From Octopus bimaculoides (taxonomy: Eukaryota), in assembly GCF_001194135.2 (NCBI RefSeq), contig NC_068985.1, positions 41,457,823 through 41,501,669 of the forward strand: DNA of 43,847 bases, in the 5' to 3' direction. Within the stretch, counting starts at the first letter, position 1; the number at the start of each line of letters is the position of its first letter. Below are positions 34,680 to 43,847 of this stretch, piece after piece. Under the pieces are notes generated by a model. That model was not told the origin of the DNA, made no database searches, and saw only the letters and a list, made by a program, of their open reading frames with translations. Position numbers and translations under genes: made by a program.

Positions 34680-34860
34680 GGAGGAGGGGCATCACTGTGC
34701 GGTTCCTCCGCCTACGACAAATTGCAACTAAATCTCCCTCAAATCACAGGCCAAACATCTTTAACAAGGGAAGATCGCATACCCTTAAAAAAGACGGGAT
34801 GGCCAATACTGGAACGCCTTTGATTACGTACCTGCTGAAATGAGAGTTCAACTGAGTCTA
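34680..34860 (-). mobile_element. Degenerate interspersed repeat, family E
   Basis: Shares CCATCCCGTCTTTTT and GATTT.G.TG..ATTT blocks with 8465, 8588, 13140, 13290, 17175-17310 and 23340-23400. Confidence 0.45.
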
Positions 34861-34897
34861 ACCGATTTCTTCATCATCATCATCATCACTAACAAGA

Positions 34898-34952
<55 letters not shown>

Positions 34953-34982
34953 TTACTACTACTGTTGCTGCTGCTGCTGCTG

Positions 34983-35020
<38 letters not shown>

Positions 35021-35036
35021 GTTGCTGCTGCTGCTG

Positions 35037-35103
<67 letters not shown>

Positions 35104-35118
35104 AGCTGCTGCTACCTA

Positions 35119-35177
<59 letters not shown>
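34898..35177. repeat. Alternating (CTA)n/(CTG)n trinucleotide array
   Basis: Direct reading. Confidence 0.97.
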
Positions 35178-35764
35178 AAACATCCATGTTCACATTAGCG
35201 TGGTACCGACACACTTTGATAACATTCTAAATTGTTTTCACCATGGGCCTGTTTTTTTTTTCGATATTTTAAGCTGACTTTTATAATATATTAAAGTGAC
35301 AACACGAAAATAATCAACAAGCACCAGCCTCACAAAATAATGCTGAGCATCTAGCCAATCAAACCGATAGACATACATACACCACTAGTATATCAGGGAA
35401 CATTTACATGGTTGCTAGACTTGCTAAAATTTGCAGCTATGTCTGCCACCTATAAAAGCAACAAAAATATTCTGTATCATAATCCTAGATGCGACAAAAA
35501 AGACAGTTCGACCACGGATTGTATATTTCTGATTATAAATCCGCTAGATTAAGGTTGATCACAAATACCTCACCCACACATACACACTCCAACTCCCACA
35601 CACATTCACTCCTTATACATACACTTACATATATATTTAAGGAGAACTGTTTTGTAACCTGCATGTTTTTCATTCAACGTTGTTTCGTTAGACAATATTT
35701 CTTACTTGGCCAAGCTTTACACACATCAGCATAGAAACCGTATTTCATTTTAATAAGGATATTT

Positions 35765-36233
35765 CCGTATTTATCAGGCTGTGAATTGCAGAATAGGTGT
35801 TCTTAACTGACGGAGTAAAACGATACCAAAATGCATACGTCCTACGATCAAAATGATGTAATTCAAAGCCTGTCTTGTGTTTTTGCGCGTCTAACATGAG
35901 AATTTTCTCTTGGGACTAGCTCAGCAGCAGCAGGTTTTTTCACGTCCGAGTGCATTCCAATGCGTTCAATATAATTTTAATTTCATTCTTAGCGGGTTGT
36001 GAGTGACAGATTTTGATTTTGCAGTTGACGAAGTGAAAACAACATAGAAAGACATGCGTCTTACGATCCAGTGACGTCATTCACAGCCCATCCTATGTTT
36101 TCATACATGTCTAACAGAAGAATTTTCTCTCGGAACTCCACAGCGGAAGGTTCTTCTCGTGTCCAAGTGCACTGAAATGTGTTGAATATGACTTTACGCG
36201 AGCTCATTCAATGCTGTTTCGTGTGACATTGTG

Positions 36234-36235
<2 letters not shown>
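35765..36235. repeat. Old ~220-bp tandem duplication (about 2.2 units)
   Basis: Matching anchors TGACG.AGT.AAA, CGTC.TACGATC, GTCTAACA..AGAATTTTCTCT.GG and GTCC.AGTGCA at a ~220-bp offset. Confidence 0.7.
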
Positions 36236-36282
<47 letters not shown>

Positions 36283-36689
36283 TTGTTTTCTTTGAGATTT
36301 ATCTAAGTTGTTCCTAACGGAGTTTAAGCCAGTGACAAGACTCTTTTGAGTTGAGAGATGTCCCGGTGTTTGTAAATATGTGGTTGCGTTGGTGTATGCA
36401 TATATATGTAAGTGTATACATTTATGTTCTGTGTGAACGCCTCCTTAGTGTTTCGGTCTCGGTGCGTGTGTGTGCATCATTACTTCTTAAACGTGTATCC
36501 TTGTTGGTGCACACTAGCAAATTTGTGCATATATTCATTCAAAGAATCTCAGACAGGGATTCTTTGGAATGTCTTACAAATTTGCACTGTGCCGCTAACA
36601 GACTGGATTTGGAGGATGTGTGTCAGTTTCTTTTGCCTTCTATTTTTTGTGACAATCCGTTGATATATAACCTAATGTATTCATGATTC

Positions 36690-37485
36690 AAAGTGCAAAG
36701 AAAATTCATAGCTAGGACACTAGTGCTGTAAGTTCCGCGTTAGTTTACCATAAATGTTCTTTTTTTTCCCCGAACTTTCGAAGGTACGTCATACCTACTG
36801 GACAGGTGATCTCTACAACGGTGCATGACTTTTGTTCACAGTTCCATAGAAAAATATAATGCCTCATCCGTTTGCACCGGATTGCTGTTTATATTGGAAT
36901 GTTCCACCGGTATTCTTTATATTTCTACTCTTTGATGTACCCGCCCAGGCAATCCTTCCTTGTAGGTATTTTGGAGCATTTTTAGATGGTATAAGTGACA
37001 TTTTCTATCCCTACGTGGAGGTTTAATGTCATCTTTGCTTCTCTTGTTTATCAGATATTTAACAGCCATTTCCTGTTCTTGGATAGCGAAGGCATTTCCT
37101 TTTAGATTGGATGTAATGCATCAATCATAAGTCCAGGAGAGGTTATTCTTCCTATTGATGCTGCTGTTATGTACCAATTTGCGGAATATGTAGCCATCCA
37201 TTGCTTTTCGCTGGTATGATGGGTAGCTCTGTTCCAAATTCTGTTTAGGTAGGTCAGACTAGTCTTCTTTTGATCGACTGAGACAGTTGTATTCTCAGAG
37301 TAACTGTTCTGTAGTTCTTCCACCACTCTGAAAATGTTGTTTCTGTCACTTTTGAGTATGCATGTAACTTGCTAATCTCTTTACTGTTCAGGAGTTTCAG
37401 TGATATGATACGACATTCAAAGGTTGTTTGTACTGATTTTATGCCTCTACCACAATCTCTTCGTCGTACGTAGATCCTATGTGGG
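36690..37485 (-). pseudogene. R4/Dong-like retrotransposon fragment with internal deletions
   Basis: RIYVRRRDCGRGIKSV, AFAIQEQEMAVKYL, IFLWNCEQKSCTVVEITCP, KVREKKNIYGKL.RNLQ; RLE resembles the 9033 copy. Confidence 0.8.
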
Positions 37486-37876
37486 TATGTGTGTATATAC
37501 ATGCATACGTACACGCATATATACATACATGTGCATTCATGATCACGTTTACATGGCCAAGAATGTACACAAAAACACATATATACACACCGACATAGAA
37601 ATACACTCTCATACACAAAACAACAAGAAACCTCTGCTCATGTGCTAACACAGGCACACATTCTCACACCTATATACACACAATCTCTTTCTCGCATTCA
37701 CAATCACACGGACGACACACATACACATATAGCTACACACTTTGACATGCATACAAGTGTGCACGCGCTCGTAACACGTTCAGCCACCACATCTGTCAAA
37801 AATTTTGCAACGAAATTGTCCACACGAGAATAACTGTCTCAAGGTAAAATAAATAAATAGATAAAAAACATAATAA

Positions 37877-37917
<41 letters not shown>

Positions 37918-37974
37918 AATAATCCGTTCTACTATAATAATAATCCGTTCTAGTATAATAATAATCCGTTCTAC

Positions 37975-38157
37975 TATAGGCACAAGGCTTGAAATTTGAA
38001 GGGAGGGGACTAGTCAATTACATCGACCCCAGTGTTTCGCTGGTACTTAATTTATCGATACCGAAAGGATGAAAGGCAAAGTCGAACTCAGAACGTGAAG
38101 ACGGTGGAAATACCCCTAAGTACTTTGCCCGGCTTGCTAACAGTTCAGTTCGTCACC

Positions 38158-38158
<1 letters not shown>
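37975..38158 (-). mobile_element. SINE family A, internally deleted
   Basis: ATTACATCGACCCCAGTG and GAAAGGATGAAAGGCAAAGTCGA blocks. Confidence 0.85.
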
Positions 38159-38226
<68 letters not shown>

Positions 38227-38231
38227 TTCTT

Positions 38232-38700
38232 CGTAAAAACAATACCAATGATAATTGGAGCATTAGGCATGATAAAAAACATGAAAAAAAAACGTAGGCG
38301 TTATACCTGGATCCTCAATACTACACACTATCCAAAAAATAGCCCTCCTAGGAACACCCCATATTCAACGCAAGACACTATTAATTCAATTAGACAGCCT
38401 AAACAAAACAACCCACAAACACAAGACAATCTATAGAGCAATTACCCAGTGAAATAAACTTCCACCAGTAATCTAGATAACCAAAGCATTACACACTCAA
38501 TACACAATACAAGCAGTAATACAAAAGACTGCACCACACCTCAAGAGAAAAAAATCTAGCACAATACAATACCGGTAAGAGTTTGCACACTCTCAGCAAC
38601 AGAAAGGAGCACACAATGCTACACACACCCCAGTAACACGGAGGCGTAGCAGGTGATGCAGTAAAAGTTTGCCTCAAACTACCAAATGTTTGAACAATTT
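38232..38700 (+). mobile_element. R4/Dong-like 3' fragment (RLE end plus 3' UTR) between (TAA)n runs
   Basis: VKTIPMIIGALGMIK and IQKIALLGTPHI; flanked by (TAA)n at 38160-38228 and ~38703. Confidence 0.8.
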
Positions 38701-38769
38701 TTGAATAATAATAATAACAACAACAAAAATAAAAATAATCACCGCTCCTCCTTTGTCTAGCCTTAATAC

Positions 38770-39939
38770 CTCTCTCGAAATTGCTCGATGGCTATAAAAT
38801 TTTTGATAAAAATATAAATCATCTCTTTTACATGAATGATTTAAAGCTCTTTGCAAAAAATGACCAACAATTACAAGGCTTACTAGCGATTGTTAAACAA
38901 TTCAGTGATGACACCAGGATGGAATCTGACCTCGATAAATGTGCAAAAGCTCTTTTATCAGAGGAAAAATGATAGAAACATCCAACGTTAATCTTGACCA
39001 ACAGAATGTCATAAAGGAGTTAGAACCAGTGGAGAGCTACAAATACCTATGGGTATTTGAAGGTGATGGAATCAAACATTCAATGATGAGGAAAAAGATC
39101 AGAAAAGAATGCTATCGCAGGGTAACGGCAATACTCAAGACAGAGCTGAATGCGAGAAACAGGATCGAAGCGATCAATACTTTAGCCATACCAGTCGTGA
39201 ATTGCAGTTTCAATATCATTAACTGGTCAATTACTGAAATATGTAATCTTGACAGAAAATTACGAAAATTGTTGACAATGCATAGAATGCACCATCCTAA
39301 GGCAGATACAGAACGAGTTTGAAAAGACTTGAATCTACCACATGATAAAAACTGGTTGGAACACAAACCACCTCCAGTGTTTGAAAATGACCACATCTCA
39401 TTCCTCTGGAACTTCACCGTTCTAAATGACAGAAAGATAATTGCGAATAGGCCAGATATTATATTGAAGGACTTCAGACAAAAATCATGCCTCCTCATTG
39501 ACATGACTGTCCCATTGGACATAAATGTATGTCAAGACCTACCAAAAACTGAGCAAGTATAAAGATCTCGAAATAGAAATTGGCAAAATGTGGAATCTTA
39601 AAACTAAAACAATATCGGTCGTCATAGGTGCCCTAGGAACGATAGCAAAAGGAGCTGATTGCTACCTAGCTCAAATATCAGGAAATCCAAATTGGAAGAA
39701 ATTCAAAAGATAGTGCTCATGGGAACTGCTCATATCCTACGTAAATTACTGTCTATGTAATCTCAAATTTTAAAGCAAAATTATAATTTTCTGTTTTCCT
39801 TGACATTCTCTAGAACAATACTCTGTTTAAAACCAAATATATGGCACCCTAGTCAGAACACCAGCTTGAACTTCTAACTTGCTGTCTTTTGAGGTCTCTG
39901 GGTGAGTCAACTTGTACAAATACAAAGCAAAAGTCAAAC

Positions 39940-39942
<3 letters not shown>
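38770..39942 (+). mobile_element. R4/Dong-like retrotransposon remnant (RT C-terminal half joined to RLE)
   Basis: INHLFYMNDLKLFAK, LDKCAK, YKYL, INTLAIPV, KLLTMHRMHHPKAD, then ANRPDII..CLLIDMTVP..KLSKYKDLEIEI..VVIGALG..IQKIVLMGTAHILRK; ends at (TAA)n. Confidence 0.95.
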
Positions 39943-40008
<66 letters not shown>

Positions 40009-40223
40009 TGATGATGATNNNNNNNNNNNNNNNNNNNNNNNNNNNNNNNNNNNNNNNNNNNNNNNNNNNNNNNNNNNNNNNNNNNNNNNNNNNNNNNNNN
40101 NNNNNNNNNNNNNNNNNNNNNNNNNNNNNNNNNNNNNNNNNNNNNNAGGAGGAGGAGGAGGAGGAGGAGGGGGAGGAGGATATGTGTGTGTGTGTCTGCG
40201 CGGTCGCGCGCGTATGTGCGTGT

Positions 40224-40633
40224 ATAAAGGAAGAAGAAGAAAATGGAGATTGTGAAGTTAATAAGAGTTTATTATCAACAACAAATCGATCAGCCTTACA
40301 GCTGTTTCAGTTATACTCTGTAAATTAATTAAATATTATTAAGTTCATATTTCTGAGCATAATATCTTCGGAGGGGAAAATATACCATTAAATGTTTTAT
40401 ATCTTTGTTTATGGATCCATTCTAGTTTTCATTCAGTCTGCTATAATTAATCCATAAACAAACATCTAATGGTATATTTTTCCCCCTCTGAAGATATTAT
40501 GCATTGATATATGAACTTAATATCTAATTAATTCACTGAGTATAACTAAAACAGCTGTAAGGGATAATGATCGATTTGTTATTGATAATATACTCTTATT
40601 AACTTCATAATCTCCATTTTCTTCTTCCTTTAT
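40224..40633. mobile_element. 410-bp foldback, ~190-bp arms, one hammerhead per strand
   Basis: 40224-40416 vs 40450-40633; the arm consensus is CCCU-CUGAAGA-..-GAAA-CAGCUG-UA-AGG(G). Confidence 0.85.
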
Positions 40634-40780
40634 GTGAATATAAATTACAGGTTTTTATATGCATACCTATTATTTTAAGGAAATCAATTCTCCCCCAAAT
40701 ATTAGGTATTGAACCAGTATTTCCTTGGCTGACACCCTCCCTTCATGAGGCTAACATAACCTTTAATCGAATTATATATG

Positions 40781-40829
<49 letters not shown>

Positions 40830-41254
40830 NNNNNNNNNNNNNNNNNNNNNNNNNNNNNNNNNNNNNNNNNNNNNNNNNNNNNNNNNNNNNNNNNNNNNNN
40901 NNNNNNNNNNNNNNNNNNNNNNNNNNNNNNNNNNNNNNNNNNNNNNNNNNNNNNNNNNNNNNNNNNNNNNNNNNNNNNNNNNNNNNNNNNNNNNNNNNNN
41001 NNNNNNNNNNNNNNNNNNNNNNNNNNNNNNNNNNNNNNNNNNNNNNNNNNNNNNNNNNNNNNNNNNNNNNNNNNNNNNNNNNNNNNNNNNNNNNNNNNNN
41101 NNNNNNNNNNNNNNNNNNNNNNNNNNNNNNNNNNNNNNNNNNNNNNNNNNNNNNNNNNNNNNNNNNNNNNNNNNNNNNNNNNNNNNNNNNNNNNNNNNNN
41201 NNNNNNNNNNNNNNNNNNNNNNNNNNNNNNNNNNNNNNNNNNNNNNNNNNNNNN

Positions 41255-41318
<64 letters not shown>

Positions 41319-41510
41319 TTGTCAAATTTACAATTGAAAAATTAATGTTTAGAAAATAGGCGTTAAATGCAGTATCCAAACCTTCTTTCAGAACAGGTCG
41401 CAGGTACTGTGCCTGCAGCGCACGTTCACCACTTATGGCCCCCAGGTGTCATCAGCGATACTGTGAGTTCATCGTCGGATCTACGTCCGGGATTCCGAGG
41501 TGCTGGTATG

Positions 41511-41899
41511 GTATATTTTAAAAGATTAATACGGAAGACGGAGTGTAACTAGAAAAATTTATTAGCACAACAACTGTTTCGGCTTCATTCTGCACTGATC
41601 TCTAGTGGGCGTGGAAGGATGTAATAACACCAGATGCAACGCACAGTTCAAAAAAGGCTCGTCAGGTGACGGAAGATGCTTCACGAGTTCCCAGATTTAC
41701 ATTTTATTTTCGCTTCAAGTTATATGCTGAGAGTGTGATTCTAGCAGTTCTGTCACATTTCGTAAAGTGTACATTGCATCTGGTGTTACTACATCGTCCC
41801 ACCCCACTAGGGAGCAGCGCAGAATGAAGCCGCAACGATTGTTGTGCTAATAAATGCCTCTAGTAACACTCCGTCTTCCGTGTTAATCTTTTAATATAC
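41511..41899. mobile_element. Foldback with ~133-bp arms derived from a hammerhead-bearing repeat
   Basis: 41511-41644 vs 41768-41899, roughly 85% reverse-complementary by eye. Confidence 0.88.
41566..41668 (-). ncRNA. Type I hammerhead with intact core and 78-nt helix II
   Basis: CAC-CUGACGA-G(76 nt)C-GAAA-CAGUUG-UU-GUG, then AATAAA; helix I only 3 bp, helix II imperfect. Confidence 0.55.
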
Positions 41900-42770
41900 A
41901 TACATACATACATATATACGTATGTATGTATGAATGTGTGTATACTCCAGGTCATCAGCGTCACTCGGGCTCATCACAGATTTCACATAAAACACATACC
42001 TGCTCGAAGAATTTCGTGTTTTTCCACAATATTTCAAGCCCTAAATGCCTTATTTGATATATCTAGCACTATGTCTTCCTCTTCTATGTTTCTAAGTTAA
42101 GGGTAAAAATAAAGCAACCCTGCTGCAAAACAGAACTGATCTTTACACACAGACGCACAGAATTACAATCAAATAACGACAGCCGAGTGCGCAACAAACA
42201 TCAGCGATCTGACTGTCGACTGTACTCTTGACAAGAGATACTAGTTAGTCTTTTACATAAACCAAGTTCGTTCATATTAGCCCGAGATGCTGGATAATTT
42301 TTCGTTCTTTTAAGAATATTGTAGAACGGCAACTTTTCATAAATTGGAATTTAAATTCTAATCTCTATAGAAATTTATTGTTTCAAGAAAACATTAAATT
42401 TAAATTACTTTTAATTTTTTCGGTTACTGATAACAACTCGGGCTGTAACTTCTGAGCCCCAGTCGGGCGCGTGTGAACGATATCGAGAGAACGTCTACTA
42501 CGAATGATATTTTTTGACACAGGACATCTCCAAGACGACCGCCAGACTCTGAACGAAAATAACTGAACTGCGACCAGGCTCAATAAAAGCAGCCCGAGTT
42601 ATTGGCTGCAATTACATACTTGAAGTCAGTGTTGGCAGAAATTAAATCAGTTTGCAAATTTATACTCGGGCTAAGCCCGAACAGCCCGACTGCCGGAGTC
42701 GNNNNNNNNNNNNNNNNNNNNNNNNNNNNNNNNNNNNNNNNNNNNNNNNNNNNNNNNNNNNNNNNNNNNN

Positions 42771-42819
<49 letters not shown>

Positions 42820-42999
42820 ATATTAGAGAGAGAGAGAGAGAGACAGAGACTACATACACACGGATGTAGTGAAAGTACATACAATCAAAAATAACCGACT
42901 CAGACGTGTAATATCGTAAATAAATACAACTACACATAAAATCGCAAATCAAGTAGATAGCATTAAAGAAATAAAGAAGAATAAAGTAAAACACCACAG

Positions 43000-43345
43000 A
43001 ACTATAACATATGAGGAATTTCTAAAGAATTTAGAAGATACAAATGATGTAGGCGCGCCTTCTCTACTCTATATGTAGGAAAATTTACTTACAAACGATC
43101 CAGTGTCAGAAACAATAGAAATTATATTAGACAATGTATATAAACAAATTAAACTAAAGACATTCGTTACAGCATCCACTTGAAAGAAGAAGCTGTTAGT
43201 GATATGTACTACAGAAGTATCCTTTTCGCTGCCCACAAGGCATTTTATATAAACAAGATGGAGTAGCCATAAGTTCTTACTTAGTGCCCACGCTTGCAAC
43301 GTTCAACCGCGTTACAATTGAGAACCGAATATATAAGCTGTGGAG
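43000..43345 (+). pseudogene. Penelope-like reverse transcriptase fragment
   Basis: ENLLTNDPVSETIEIILDNVY, KLLVICTTEVSF, YKQDGVAISSYLVPTLATF, matching the PLE motifs LFTNVPV.ETI, LL..CT and YKQ.DGVAMGSPL.PTLAN. Confidence 0.85.
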
Positions 43346-43612
43346 CTACTAAGTGACTCAGGAGAGTATAGTTTAATTTATTTAATTAATTAATTAATTT
43401 ATTTATTTCGCCCCAGCACCAGTCCAGTTCTTTGGCGCAAAAATTTTGGTCCTTAAATTCAAAGCTATATAGGCTTCATAGCTAATAAAAAAACTAAAAT
43501 CTACATTAAGTATTAAGACCTATTTCTCCCTCTTGTAAGATCAATCTCTCTTTCACCCTCTCTCTGCACACTCATCCATATACACGCACAAATACGCCTT
43601 CCACCCCATATA

Positions 43613-43847
43613 TTAGGTTGTCAAGAAAGTTCTTGCGGTTTTTAATTTTTAAATTCAGATGCACATATCTCGGCTCCAACAAAACTTTATTAATGGAAAT
43701 AAACACCATCAGAATCAACACACTTTTGCTAACGCGAAACAAGTTTATTTATGCCATTAGCGTAAAAATCCTGCGTTCTGTTAGCGATGAAGTCGTTGAA
43801 GGCGTGTTTGGCATCGTCTTAGTTTTTGAAGCATTTCTCACGCAGGG
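43613..43847 (-). mobile_element. Mariner 3' end (TIR plus transposase C-terminus), truncated by the window edge
   Basis: TA then TIR TTAGGTTGTCAAGAAAGTTCTTGCGGTTTT; minus strand 43847-43690 reads LREKCFKN*DDAKHAFNDFIANRTQDFYANGINKLVSR*QKCVDSDGVYFH*. Confidence 0.92.

Noticed and set aside
41370-41463. Hammerhead-like arrangement with a 7-bp helix I (CAGUAUC/GAUACUG)
   Set aside because: G-G at the helix I base, only a 2-bp helix III and no basal helix II; at best a decayed copy.
709-42997. Dozens of ORFs rich in CV, HT, YI, I, Y, SL or X
   Set aside because: They are translations of microsatellites, low-complexity tracts or N gaps, not genes.
1-43847. CRISPR arrays, rRNA genes, prokaryotic or viral operons
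   Set aside because: No regularly spaced repeat-spacer array, rRNA-like sequence or long intact ORF; the DNA is eukaryotic repeat-rich sequence.

Overview
AT-rich, gap-ridden animal genomic DNA that is almost entirely repeats. The SINE repertoire looks like octopus/cephalopod; this is an inference from recognising the repeat families, not a database result. I found no host protein-coding exon, rRNA gene, functional tRNA gene or CRISPR array I can support. Nearly all ORFs in the supplied track are microsatellite or gap artefacts. The real coding remnants are all transposon pseudogenes: a DD37D/maT-type Tc1/mariner (14770-15958), two mariners (23726-24546, 43613-end), five R4/Dong-type RLE non-LTR fragments, a CR1/L2-like LINE 3' end, an RTE-like zinc-finger tail, and Penelope-like GIY-YIG (20.1-20.5 kb) and RT (43.0-43.3 kb) remnants. 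There are also at least four tRNA-derived SINE families, a Helentron-type HINE and a MITE with a telomeric-repeat hairpin. The most interesting signal is invisible in the ORF track: a dense set of type I hammerhead ribozyme (HHR) motifs, all folded by eye. One has an intact core inside a 480-bp direct-repeat unit (24992-25066). A family has a 77-78 nt helix II (22.2 kb, 41.6 kb). Several foldbacks carry one outward-facing HHR on each strand (7.0, 40.2-40.6 kb, and a related foldback at 41.5-41.9 kb). One tRNA-headed SINE ends in an HHR remnant (12.5 kb). HHRs in Penelope pLTRs and retrozymes are established, so whether these particular architectures are new needs checking. SINE family letters (A-E) are my own labels, and degenerate repeat boundaries are approximate (about 10-20 bp).
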